Positions 12,717 to 24,455 of a stretch of 64,000 nt of DNA are shown one piece after another. This DNA is from Felis catus (taxonomy: Eukaryota). Position numbers and translations under genes: made by a program. The stretch's first letter is position 1. Each line of letters starts with the position of its first letter. Location: positions 228,224,001-228,288,000 of the forward strand of contig NC_058368.1 of NCBI RefSeq assembly GCF_018350175.1, written 5' to 3'. The notes under the pieces are model-generated. The model did not search any database and was not told where the DNA came from. It was given only the letters and a program-made list of their open reading frames with translations.

Positions 12717-13257
12717 TATACAAGGAATATTCTTATGCTCATAAAATGCGTTATACAAAAGTAGGGCTTTTTGTGTTCTAAGGCACTTGTCCTTAGAGTG
12801 GTCAGATTCCCCAGAGAAGGTTTTCCCACTGTTTAGAGGGTATATGCCCTACTGCCAGTATTCTGGGAACTCCACGGGAGAAGGGAGGTAATAGGCCTCA
12901 AAATTGAGTAGATAAGTGTTCTTTCACCTGTCTTCATTGAGGTTCCTAGACCCTTCATGTGCGGATGTCCTCCAGTCTGGACCCTGTCTATTCTGCCCCC
13001 TAAAAAAATCAGCTTTCTCTTTTTCTTTGGCAGAGGCTCTTGTGTGAGCCCGTCTTCTCCATTTCCAGAGGAACGTCTTAGCACCTACTCTTGTGTGTTT
13101 GATGTTATGTGGCATAAATCAGGTTACGTCTCAGGTTTCCTTGAATGCTACTTGAGGATTCAGCTTTCTTGAGTCTGCTTTAAATGTTACTGATATTGTC
13201 TCCACCCTCACTGTCCTTGTACTTAAGAGTTCATGCCTTTAAAAATGTCCGTTTGAA

Positions 13258-13468
13258 GGGGTGCCTGGGTGGCGCAGTCGGTTAAGCGTCCGACTTCAGC
13301 TCAGGTCATGATCTCACGGTTTGTGAGTTCGAGCTCTGCATCGGGCTCTGTGCTCACAGCTCAGAGCCTGGAGCCTCTCTCGGATTCTGTGTCTCAGTCT
13401 CTCTCTGCCCCTCCCCCACTTGTGCTCCGTCTCTCTCTGTCTCTCAAAAATAAATAAAAATGTAAAAC
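13258..13468 (+). mobile_element. CAN-SINE
   Basis: ggggtgcctgggtggcgcagtcggttaagcgtccgact...; degenerate TSD aaaaatgtYcRtttg. Confidence 0.92.
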
Positions 13469-13824
13469 AAAAATGTTCATTTGTTGTACTTCTCACGGAA
13501 CATGGGAGGAGGCTGAGCTAAATGGATGCTTTCATCCAACCATCTGTACATGGCAGTGCTGTTACCTCTTTTGAGGCCTCACTGTGTTTTTTTTTCACAG
13601 CTCCTACCATACATTATCACTGCAGTTGGCATGCTGGTATGTTGAGGGACAGGAAAAAATACACTTATTTCAACTAAACGTAATTGTATCCATAGATTTT
13701 TATCTGGATTAATTTAGCGCTTCTCTGTTAAATTTTAATTACTCAATTTCTAAAGGATGTCTTAGTTTGAATCTCTGGGTGAAGCATGAAATAGCCTAAT
13801 TTCCATTTATTCTTGTTGACTTAG

Positions 13825-14044
13825 GGGGGATGGGCACTTCTGCAGAACTGCCATCTGGGGCTCGATTTCATGGATGAGCTAATGGACATAATTATAGAAA
13901 CCGAGATCGTACATGATGCTTTCCGCCTATGGATGACCACCGAAGTTCATAAGCACTTTCCCATTACGCTCCTTCAGATGTCCATTAAATTTGCCAATGA
14001 GCCTCCACAGGGCCTCCGGGCAGGATTGAAAAGAACATACGGTG
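13825..14044 (+). CDS. DNAH5: DNAH5 coding exon (~72), 220 bp, [11 protein letters not shown]...FRLWMTT...LKRTYG
   Basis: gacttag|GGGGGATGG ... TACGGTG|gtgagt; phase 0 to 1. Confidence 0.95.
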
Positions 14045-14772
14045 GTGAGTTGAGGAATACTTCCAAGTTTACAGGAGTTTTTGTGCTTCAGTTGTTTGCT
14101 TAAAGAAACGATAAAAACAATTAGCGACGATAGAGTTATAGCAGATTGTACTGTTACTTAACCTGATGAGGAGAGAACAGCGCTCTTTGTCATGCGCCAT
14201 GTGGAACATGCTCTCGTGGCATGAGGGAGTCAGCTCGTGCTTAGCTCTTTTCTATTTTTTCTGTTTTTCCACGTTACTCTGCTTTGGCCTGTGCCGTTCT
14301 CCAGCTGGACACCTGCCTTTTTATGGCAACATAATTTTGTCATTTATGGTCTTCATGCTCCGTATGTAAAGTTGGCCAGTAGCCTCTTCCAGGAGGAGAG
14401 GCTGAATTAAAGTTATGACCTGCCTCCGTCACATGAAGCCGTCTGAACAATGTACAGGTTTTTTTTGGAGTTGCTAACAAGGCTCAAATTTCTGTCAACC
14501 TATAAGATAATGTGGAGATAAAATAGATGTGGAAGGATGAGGGCAGTAAAACAACAAAATTCTAAATAAAAAGTGTACAAATATATATATGTATATGTAT
14601 ATATATATGTGTATATATATATATATATATAAAATAATTGTAGTTATTTGGGGAATATACTCAGCGTGTAGTAGGCTTCTATATACACTATTTTAATTAA
14701 TAGTAAATTGTTAGTAGTGTATACAGAAGCCCATTGCAACCCGAGTACATGCTCCTAATAATAATAAAAATA

Positions 14773-15000
14773 GGGGCGCCTGGGTGGCTCAGTTGGTTAA
14801 GTCTCCAACTTCAACTCAGGTCAAATCTCACAGTCCATGAATTAGAGCCTCGCGTTGGGCTCTGTGCTGACGGCTCGGAGCCTGGAGCCTGCTTCGGAGT
14901 CTGTGTCTCCCTCTCTCTCTCTGCCCCTCCCCTGCTCATGCTCTCTCTCTGTCTCAAATATAAATAAAAACATTAAAAAAATTTTTTAAATAAAAAAATA
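14773..15000 (+). mobile_element. CAN-SINE
   Basis: ggggcgcctgggtggctcagttggttaag...(CT)n, A-tail. Confidence 0.92.
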
Positions 15001-15357
15001 ATAAAATTATTAGTAGTAGCAATTTAAATAATAGTAGTAGTATTTATTTTACTGCCCTCATTCTTCCACCTCTAGTTTCCCCCCACATTATCTTGTCAGA
15101 CTGGCAGGCACTTGATCCATGTTAGCAAGCCCCCAGCCACCTCCCCCAATCTCTTCGCAGGTATTTCAGAGAAAGATACCATCTGGACACCCAAAGGTTA
15201 ATTATAATTGTTGTTGTATGAATGTGATAAAAATAATTCAAGATAAGCGAAGTTTATTATCAGAAATGTACAAAAATGATTAATAACGTATAAATGTAAT
15301 AAAAAAAGAAAGATGTGCGAGTGATGGTACATTTTTTCACCCCACCGACCACGACAG

Positions 15358-15563
15358 GTGTGAGTCAAGACCTGCTGGATGTGAGCACTGTGGCCCAGTG
15401 GAAGCCCATGCTGTATGCCGTGGCTTTCCTGCACTCCACAGTCCAGGAGAGAAGGAAGTTTGGTCCCCTGGGGTGGAACATCCCCTATGAATTTAATCAA
15501 GCCGACTTTAATGCCACTGTGCAGTTCATCCAAAACCACTTAGATGACATGGAAGTCAAAAAG
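15358..15563 (+). CDS. DNAH5: DNAH5 coding exon (~73), 206 bp, (G)VSQDLLD...WNIPYEFN...MEVKK
   Basis: acgacag|GTGTGAGT ... AAAAAG|gtactc; phase 1 to 0. Confidence 0.95.
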
Positions 15564-16182
15564 GTACTCTGTGCCCGCCATCTCATGCCACTGGCGATCA
15601 TGAGCGTAGATGCCCGTGCCTGCCCAGCTTTGGGATTGATCCTGTAAGAGCGATGATCTTGTGTGGTTGCAGACATATCTCTAAGTCATGGCAACTGGAT
15701 CACACTTGCCTCTTGATTTCAGATGAAAAAAAAAAAATGTACCAATTTTGATTATATTATTATTTCTCAAAACCAAGTTGAAATTACATGTAAGACAACT
15801 TGAAAAGCTCTACTGAGGGGGGAAATGGCTGAGAAAAGTTGTTTTCTAAAATCCTAAAAAATGAAAATTAAAGCCTAGATAATTTTTGAAGCATGTGCCT
15901 TTTAAAGAGCTCCCTCAATCTTCTCAAAAGCTATCTTCTTTTTTTCTGTTGAACTTAAAGTATGAAAGCATATAGATGCACCAAAGGAGTCTATTTTAAA
16001 TCACGAGCATGAGATTTGAGTAATGCTCAGGTTTGTCTGTGTAGATTTCTTCTTGCACATTTAACATTGCTAATAAAGAAGGAACAACTGGCATCGATGA
16101 CCACAAATACGTAGATGTTCCTTGGTGGGGAAAACCAGGATGAGACCATAGTTGTACACAGCTTTTCTGTAAATTCCCCCAG

Positions 16183-16386
16183 GGCGTCTCCTGGACCACC
16201 GTCCGCTACATGATAGGAGAGATCCAATATGGGGGCAGAGTCACCGATAACTACGATAAGAGATTGCTGACCACGTTTGCTAAGGTCTGGTTCAGTGAAA
16301 ATATGTTTGGATCAGATTTCAGCTTTTACCAAGGATATAATATTCCCAAATGCAACACCGTGGACAGCTATCTTCAATATATCCAG
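16183..16386 (+). CDS. DNAH5: DNAH5 coding exon (~74), 204 bp, [22 protein letters not shown]...YLQYIQ
   Basis: tcccccag|GGCGTC ... ATCCAG|gtttgt. Confidence 0.95.
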
Positions 16387-16847
16387 GTTTGTCAACTTCA
16401 GAATTTTATGCATAGAGCAAATATCTGCAGCCTTTTGACAATTTTAATATTTATTTACACTGCAAATACTGCTTTTGAAATAATTTTTAATTGTGATACA
16501 TACTCTCACTGTAGGTGCTTCCTTCCTATGTTTCTATTCACCTAACGGTTAAAATGTTTATATTTGTTCTGAGTGTGTATTTTGTGTGAATGCCCTCCCT
16601 CCCTTCTCATTTATTCCTCAGTGAGGAATATTCTTTGGGGATAGGATAGGCCGGGCAGATTTTGAACTAGGGAAACCACCAAATCCCCTGGAGCTCTCCA
16701 CTGTGAGATGTAAGACTTCAGGCAGCTGTAATGACTCATCCTGAGACCTCTGTTCCTTAATCCTGGCCCAGTGGAGGGCCTATGAGTATGTTCAGGAACC
16801 TGCTTTCCATAAGCACTTCCTGTCTCACCCTGGGCACCGGTGACGTT

Positions 16848-17016
16848 CAGGGTGGGATTCTTCTTTGCGATGGGGTATAACCATATAGAGTGGTTAGCAG
16901 CATTCCTGGCCTCCCCCCACTAGATGTCAGTAGTACCCCCACCCAGTTGTGACAATCAAAAATGTCTCCAGACATTGTCCCCTGGGGGTGGCATCTCCCC
17001 AGGCTGAAGAGTACTG
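16848..17016 (-). mobile_element. MER20-like hAT DNA transposon fragment
   Basis: ccactagatgtcagtagtacccc...cagttgtgacaatcaaaaatgtctccagacattg is the reverse of the recalled MER20 core. Confidence 0.8.
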
Positions 17017-17640
17017 CTCTCAGAAGGAATAAGGTAGATTGTGACTGGAAATTTAGGGGCAAAGATCTGATTTGTGTTTCAAGGTGACTACATTTTCTGT
17101 CTCTGTGCCTTGAATGCTTTAGATCATTATGTAGAATTCTCTTTTGCATCTATCTGCGATTTATCTCCAACTGAACAAACTGGAACACGACAGCCCCAAA
17201 GGGCTAAATTTATCAGTACATTTAGAGGTTCTGTGATTTATGTATGTAATGAGTTTATCATATATTATCACCTCTACACTTTTACTAATTCACATCAGAA
17301 AATATATTTGTTTTAACTGTACTATATATGTCTTTAAATCATCAGCACTGAATAGGAAAGTGCCTATGAAGATATAAATTTAGATATGCCTGTACATATC
17401 TTTATTTACATATACCTCATTGCCCAGTGAACTTGAGGCTGTTCATAAAAGACATTATGTAAAAAGGAATAAAATAATGGAGGAGAGTGCAGGAACAATA
17501 TGAAGAAGACAATAATAAAGTTTAGGATAATATTCACATGTAGAAACAAATATCAAATTGTAGGTACATTTTCTTTCTTTCAAATAGCTGAGTTCTTTGC
17601 CCGCTTTTTCTGCTTCTGATTGTCTCTTGCTGTCTCTGCA

Positions 17641-17855
17641 TTTTTAAAAAATGTTTATTTTTGATACAGAGAGAGAGAGAGAGCGTGAGTGGAGGAGGGG
17701 CAGAGAGAGAGAGGGAGACACAGAATCTGAAACAGGCTCTAGGCTCTGAGCTGTCAGCACAGAGCCCGATGCGGGGCTCGAACCTACAAACCGTGAGATC
17801 ATGACCTGAGCCGAAATCGGTCACTCAACCGACTGAGCCACCCAGGCACACCCCC
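17641..17855 (-). mobile_element. CAN-SINE
   Basis: Reverse-strand body ending gagccacccaggcacacccc. Confidence 0.9.
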
Positions 17856-18520
17856 TGCACCAACTTTTTTTTTTTTTTTTTAAACTGTTTATCTATGTCT
17901 CTGCTTTTCCCTCGGACTTGGTTGCTCTCAATATTCCTCTTTGTTCCTAGTCCTCGTCTTTCTCCCTGGGACAGTACAGTTCCTGCTGTCAGCCTTCTTT
18001 GGGCCATAATTGCTAAAACTGTCATTGTATGGCATCTCAAAAAACATAGTTACTGTTAGTTATACCACATTTATTTAAATGATTGGTTCGAATTAAATCA
18101 GACCTTCAGAAAACAAAGTACTAATCCGTAGCTCCCTTTTCTTATTTCACATATTCTAAATAAGGCAGTGTCTCTTTGATTACATTTGCCTGAGGTACAG
18201 CATTAGAGAACCATCAACTTACTATGTTTCTCATCGTTCATCTTCTTTTGAGGCAACTTTTGATTCTTTTCTGGAGAAAGTATTGAGATTGTAGCCTGAC
18301 ACAAATACGAGATCATGTATCTACTCGGCTTTTTGGGGGAGGAGATTACTTTATGTTCTTTCTTTATTTTAAAATTCAAATATAGTTGACACGCAATGTT
18401 ACATTACCTACCTTAATAAAACCTACCTACCTTAATAAAAACATTGGTTTCTTGAGACGGTATAATTTACCTGGTGTTCATGTCGGCCGTCTGGGCTTCC
18501 CTGGGGTCTTTGTTGCTCAG

Positions 18521-18736
18521 AGCCTGCCTTCCTGCGACAGCCCCGAGGTGTTCGGGCTGCATCCCAATGCCGACATTACCTACCAGAGCAAGCTGGCCAA
18601 GGACGTGCTGGACACCATCCTCAGCATCCAACCCAAGGACAGCTCTGGTGGAGGGGATGAGACCCGGGAGGCCGTGGTGGCCCGGCTCGCTGACGATATG
18701 CTCGACAAGCTACCCCCAGACTATGGCCCATTTGAG
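18521..18736 (+). CDS. DNAH5: DNAH5 coding exon (~75), 216 bp, [19 protein letters not shown]...DYGPFE
   Basis: tgctcag|AGCCTG ... TTTGAG|gtgagt. Confidence 0.95.
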
Positions 18737-18921
18737 GTGAGTTGATGACATCCTGGCAAGATGTCAATGGTGGACGTGTCTGTCTTGTTGGGGGAGTGAG
18801 GAATAAGGAAGGAGAGCAAAGAGTGATTTTTCTGAAAGTGAAAGAATATTTAAAAACTCACTTCCTGAAGAACCAGCAAAAGAAGTTTTTATTTTTACTT
18901 ATTTTGTTAAAGAAGTCTTTA

Positions 18922-19137
18922 ATTTTTTTTTTAACACTTATTCATTTTTGAGAGACAGAGAGAAACAGAGTGTGAGTGGGGAAGGGGCAGAGAGAGAGGG
19001 AGACACAGAATCAGAAGCAGGCTCCAGGCTCCGAGCTGTCAGCACAGAGCCCGATGTGGGGCTTGAACACACGGACTGCGAGATCCTGACCTGAGCTGAA
19101 GTCAGACGCTTAACTGACTGAGCCACCCGGGTGCCCC
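18922..19137 (-). mobile_element. CAN-SINE
   Basis: Reverse-strand body ending gagccacccgggtgcccc. Confidence 0.9.
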
Positions 19138-19340
19138 AAAGTTTTTAAATCTATAAATGTAATCACTTCAAAGTATAAATGATAAAAGAAACCTGACAAG
19201 AATGTTGATATTCATAACTAGGTTTTAAGTATGTACCAATGGGTTAGGATTGTTTTTCTAGAACTTTCCCTTGAGATGCTTCACATTATCATTTGTTCAA
19301 AGGAAAGTAGTGTATTTTTAGAGTAAAGCACCTGATCATT

Positions 19341-19551
19341 TATTTTTTATTTGAGAGAGAGAGAAAGAGGAAGAGAGGGAGAGAGAGCATGAGTGGGGAA
19401 AAGGGGCTGAGGGAAAAAGAGAGAGAATATCAAGCAGGCTCCATGCTCAGTGTGGAGCCTGATGCATGGCTCAATCCCATGACCCTGGCATCTTGACCTG
19501 AGCCCAGAGCAAGAGTCAGATGCTCAACCAACTGAGCCACCCAGGCACCCC
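19341..19551 (-). mobile_element. CAN-SINE
   Basis: 15-bp TSD aagcacctgatcatt 19326-19340/19552-19566. Confidence 0.92.
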
Positions 19552-20823
19552 AAGCACCTGATCATTAAAAAAAATGTTGCATAACATAATGCACACCTTA
19601 AAATTCCGGGCTTCTTAATTTCAGGGAGCCTGTATTTATATCATTAATGCATTGCAGCTTCACAGGTTTTGAAAATTAATTTGTCTTTTTAAGATGTAAG
19701 TAACTTGTAAGCAAAATTTATGAGTAGGAAAGTTAATTTTTTAGGCAGTTTAGCAAATGTTACTGAAAAGATTTACCCTGAAGACATTTTTAAATCTTGG
19801 ATAAGAACACAGGTGACTCACTTACTTTCCACATAGTCGTAATAGATGACCCAGACTAACCGTGTGACTCTTTTGTCACAGGACCGTCATGTTCCTTTAT
19901 ATATTGACCTTTTCTACCTGGTTTTCTGACAGGAATCGGCAGCATTTTGTTTCTTTAGCATCCTATTCTTTTCCACAAAGCATGTCCTTTTGGTTGCTGG
20001 TGCTATAGACTGAACTCAAGGGCTTATTGCCAAGGGAATAATTTCCCCTGGAAAAAAACTGATCACTTGCTTGGAGAAAATCAATACTCTTATCAGCTCT
20101 CATAAGCACCTCTCATTGTAGTATCAGGAAAGAGGTCATTCATATCTAACAGTGGCTGAAATATTTATGAAGCAATAAAAGTATCTAAAAATATCATCAC
20201 GGTAACATAAATAACTGCGGTAACTAATGGGGTTTAGGAGAGTCCGCTCCCTTTGGCTGACTTTGTCGATGCTGCCTGAGCATAAAGCAACGCGGCCCAG
20301 CAGGGCAGCGGATCGATCCATGGGAGAGTCTCAGTAAATACTTGTAAGATGGGAATGGATGGCTGGGTGGGTGGGTTGGAGGAAGAACGGATGAATGCTC
20401 TGATGGAAAGCACAGAAAGCTTATAGAACAGAAGCCTAGTCTTTTGAAGCAGCCAGCAGAATGGTCGTGCATGTGTACCTGTCTGCTCGCGTGTGTCTGT
20501 GTGTGTGTTTGCAAGTCTTAGGCAGGCAGGTAAGTGAATGTTTCCCAGTGAGTGCAATTGCCATTTCGAAGGCTGCGTGGTTATGGTCATGTGTTTCTCT
20601 TCTACTGCGAATGAATGGCTGCCTGTCCTCTCCCACATGGGATGAAAAATTGGCCGGTCATCTAACAGATGTTTCCTTTTATATTTCTTCTTTGTTTTCT
20701 GGCAGTGAAAAAAAAAAAATCTTAACCATTGATGGGATTGTAAGATTTGGGGTCTTTTCGGCAGCCCCAGGGTACGTTTGTAGCTGTCACATTTTTAACA
20801 CATGTTCAATGTCTCCACGGCAG

Positions 20824-21036
20824 GTGAAAGAGAGGCTGCTAAAGATGGGGCTGTTCCAGCCCATGAACATCTTCCTCAGGCAGGAGATAGACAGAATGCA
20901 GAGGCTGCTGACTCTGGTCCGCACCACCCTGACGGAGTTGAAACTTGCCATCGACGGCACGATCATCATGAGCGAAAATCTACGAGATGCACTGAATTGC
21001 ATGTTTGATGCCAGAATTCCTGCTCAGTGGAAGAAA
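20824..21036 (+). CDS. DNAH5: DNAH5 coding exon (~76), 213 bp, VKERLLKMG...[12 protein letters not shown]...IPAQWKK
   Basis: cacggcag|GTGAAA ... AAGAAA|gtatgt. Confidence 0.95.
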
Positions 21037-21204
21037 GTATGTTTTAGTCCGCTCTTATTCCACCTAATCACTTTATTGTTGTAAATAGCTGTGATTGGCA
21101 GGTGGAAAGCTTTTGGAGCGTAATTTACTTAAAAGGGTTCTTTTGTTTAGGGACTAATCCCCTTACTGGCTTGTATTTTGGGAGCGTAGGTAGGGAAGGA
21201 GACT

Positions 21205-21400
21205 ATTTAGCATCTCCCACATATCAGGCACTCTGCTAGGCCGTTGCATGTGTTATTTCATTTACATTTTGCACTTATTGCCCTCATTGTGCAGGTAAAG
21301 AATGTGAAATTGGGAGATGCTAAGTCTTTTCCCAGATCACACACCTAAGAAGTCCAAGAACCAGAATTTAAACCCCAGCTCCGTTGGACTTCAAAGCCCA
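21205..21400 (-). mobile_element. MIR remnant
   Basis: aggcactctgctagg...ccctcattgtgcaggtaaag...cccagatcacacacctaag...ccagaatttaaaccc. Confidence 0.65.
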
Positions 21401-22275
21401 TGATGTTAGGTTTATAGAAAGAAGTGTTCCTACACACACACACACGCATGCATACACACACACACGCACGCACCAAAGAGAAACCTTTTTCCCTGCTCTG
21501 CCTGGAGGTAGTGAGCAAGTATATCTCCAGGTAACAAGAAAATGATTTAACAATATGCTTACTGATCACATGCTGGTGCTTGTGCTAAATGACAAGATGT
21601 GCTTTCGGTAAATACTTGTCTACTTGGAGTAGTAAAAGGAGTACCTGAGTATCTTTACCAAGCATTTCATGCATTGTGGGAGGTTATAAAGATTTGGGGG
21701 TGTGGCAGGAGGACTTGAGAGGGCAGGAGGCAGGGGCCAGTTGTAGGGGAATATACGGGAGGGCAACATCTAGAAAAGGGATTGGGTCATGCAGTGACTG
21801 GACCTTTGGCCTTTTGGAAGCTGCTCGGGTAAATGGGAAGGTGAGACGTGACAGGGTTAGGACTGGCAGCCTCTCCCAGAAGAGACTCACTTAGCACAGG
21901 CACTCAGACATCTCACCCAGGGCTTTAGAAACGTAGGATCAGCTTTGCCCAGACTCCATCATATCCTCACCTCTAATGACTTCGTTCCCAAAGGCGGAGA
22001 GTTTTCTATCTGGACTGACTTTCCTCATTGGCCGGTGACAGAGGGAGAACCTTCCTGGTCACTGGCCATTGCGGGTTCATTCCTCATCGAACCAGCCCTC
22101 TCCACTTGGTCAGCACCTAGAAGTCTCTGGAACAGGGATCCTTGCCACGAGGCACCTTCACATAAACAGTTCCCTGTGCCTCACGTCAAATGTCATATAA
22201 ACACATCCCTTTCAGTTAACATGTCTATAAAGATAGGATAGAATGAGTTACCTAATTTTAAAGTGTGGTCTTTTT

Positions 22276-22728
22276 GGGGCGCCTGGGTGGCTCGGTCGGT
22301 TAAGCGTCCGACTTCGGCTCAGGTCATGATCTCACAGTCTGTGAGTTCGAGCCCCGCGTCAGGCTCTGTGCTGACAGCTCAGAGCCTGGAGCCTGCTTCG
22401 GATTCTGTGTCTCCTTCTCGCTCTGACCCTCCCCTATTCATGCTCTGTCTCTCTCTGTCTCAAAAATAAATAAACGTGGGGCGCCTGGGTGGCGCAGTCG
22501 GTTAAGCGTCCGACTTCAGCCAGGTCACGATCTTGCGGTCCGTGAGTTCGAGCCCCGCGTCAGGCTCTGGGCTGATGGCTCAGAGCCTGGAGCCTGTTTC
22601 CGATTCTGTGTCTCCCTCTCTCTCTGCCCCTCCCCCGTTCATGCTCTGTCTCTCTCTGTCCCCACCCCCCCCAAAAATAAAATAAATAAATAAATAAATA
22701 AATAAACGTTAAAAAAATTAAAAAAAAT
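22276..22728 (+). mobile_element. Two nested CAN-SINEs (young felid-type inner 22478-~22695)
   Basis: Outer TSD aaagtgtggtcttttt 22260-22275/22729-22744; inner TSD aaataaataaacgt 22464-22477/22696-22709. Confidence 0.93.
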
Positions 22729-23656
22729 AAAGTGTGGTCTTTTTATGTAGGTTTGTATTCTATTCAACTTATTATCAGTCTTTGGAATCTCATTATCTCT
22801 TGAAAAATAGGCAAATTAAGTCTTAAGAATTTGAAATTCAAGTGGTATATATCTACATAGGATGATCACTACATTTATTCATACATAGAGTATTCCAATT
22901 ATAATAAAATGACATAAAACATGATTTGGAGATAACTACAAGGACAGCTGCTGATAACACTAAGGACATATCCATCCCACTGTAATAATAGAAGTTCCAC
23001 ATGTGAATTCAGGCAGCATGTCACAGGCAATGAATGCAATTAATTTGTTGGTGGTAAGGGACCTGTGTTTCCGTTTCTGCTCCTTCATCAGAGGAAATAA
23101 AAGTTCATTCTAAGGGACAAGAACTTCAGAAAATAACTGTTGTTTGCCTCATTAAAAATGAGAAGTGGAGAAAGGTACGATTTATCATCCACAGAATATA
23201 TTTTAAAGGGGCCACAAGCACATTTATGGAAATAGAAATCCTGTTTTGCAGTGTATCTATTAAAAATGTAACCTGACGGGGAAAGAAAAAATGTAACCTG
23301 AGGAAAAAATAGTGGAAACCTATTTAATTCAATTAATTGTTTTCATTACTTTATAGCAGAATTGACAGTGAATATATTTGTACGTGGAAGGTGATTCTGT
23401 TGACATCAGAACCTTGAACAGCATACTGAGTGCTGAATTGATTTGGTATTCATGGGATCATTAGCTGATTCTGTTGTATCTTAATATCAGTAAGGAGGAA
23501 GAATAATTTGAAAACTTAACTGTCAAAACCCAAGGGAAATTCCTGTCTTAGGGACTTCTAAATTCTAAAAGTGAAATTGATATTTCATAATTTTTTTTTC
23601 TGTGAACATAGCTAGTTACACAGCAGAATTTGATTATTTCAACATATGCATTTCAG

Positions 23657-23809
23657 GCATCCTGGGTTTCAAGTACCTTGGGTTTCTGGTTTACTGAGCT
23701 TATAGAAAGAAACTGCCAGTTCACCGCCTGGGTTTTCAATGGCCGACCCCACTGCTTCTGGATGACAGGCTTTTTTAACCCCCAAGGATTTTTAACTGCA
23801 ATGCGTCAG
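23657..23809 (+). CDS. DNAH5: DNAH5 coding exon (~77), 153 bp, [12 protein letters not shown]...[13 protein letters not shown]
   Basis: atttcag|GCATCC ... CGTCAG|gtaaga. Confidence 0.95.
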
Positions 23810-24223
23810 GTAAGAGCTCCCATGTGCACCTGTTGTGTTATTATGATTTTCTTCTACAAGGTTTTCTTCTGCCAGTATAGTTTTAAAGACTATAATGACA
23901 CAGAGAATGGCTGTCTCTCTTTGGCCCCAGCAATGACATTGTCCTGAAAGTAAATACAGCAACTTGTTCTCAGGCCGCTAGGTTGAATTTCAAAGTATTT
24001 ATTTGGTATTTTTATATTTGATATGATTTGATATTTCTTTTTTAAAGTATAAGTGCTTAAATTAGGACACGGTTACTGTTTATGGCACAATCTTTTTAAG
24101 TACAATTCTACTTCCTTTGAATTAGGGTCCGGGGTTCCGCTTTGATCCCCGTGATGCTCTTCATGTTAAGATAAACCTCTAATTGTTCCCCTCGTCCTTT
24201 GCTCTTGTTCTTGTCCTGAGCAG

Positions 24224-24455
24224 GAAATAACTCGGGCCAACAAAGGCTGGGCCTTGGACAATATGGTGCTTTGCAACGAAGTCACCAAGTGGATGAAGGA
24301 TGACATTTCTGCCCCTCCCACAGAGGGTGTCTACGTCTACGGCTTGTATCTTGAAGGTGCAGGCTGGGACAAGAGGAACATGAAACTCATCGAATCCAAA
24401 CCAAAAGTGCTCTTTGAATTGATGCCCGTCATAAGGATTTACGCAGAAAACAACA
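24224..24455 (+). CDS. DNAH5: DNAH5 coding exon (~78), 232 bp, [12 protein letters not shown]...[10 protein letters not shown]...IYAENN
   Basis: ctgagcag|GAAATA ... AACAACA|gtaagt; phase 0 to 1. Confidence 0.95.

Noticed and set aside
16240..20856. Apparent amino-acid differences from human DNAH5 (e.g. TDNYD, DYGPF, MGLFQ)
   Set aside because: Comparison relies on memory. The frame is intact and I have no evidence these are more than ordinary species divergence.
20461..21084. 207-aa ORF
   Set aside because: Only 20824-21036 is the DNAH5 exon; the rest is in-frame intron with no recognisable motif.
24218..24223. NAGNAG acceptor (gagcag); also aag/gag at 3400-3405
   Set aside because: The alternative is GAG, a rarely used acceptor, and nothing in the sequence supports use.
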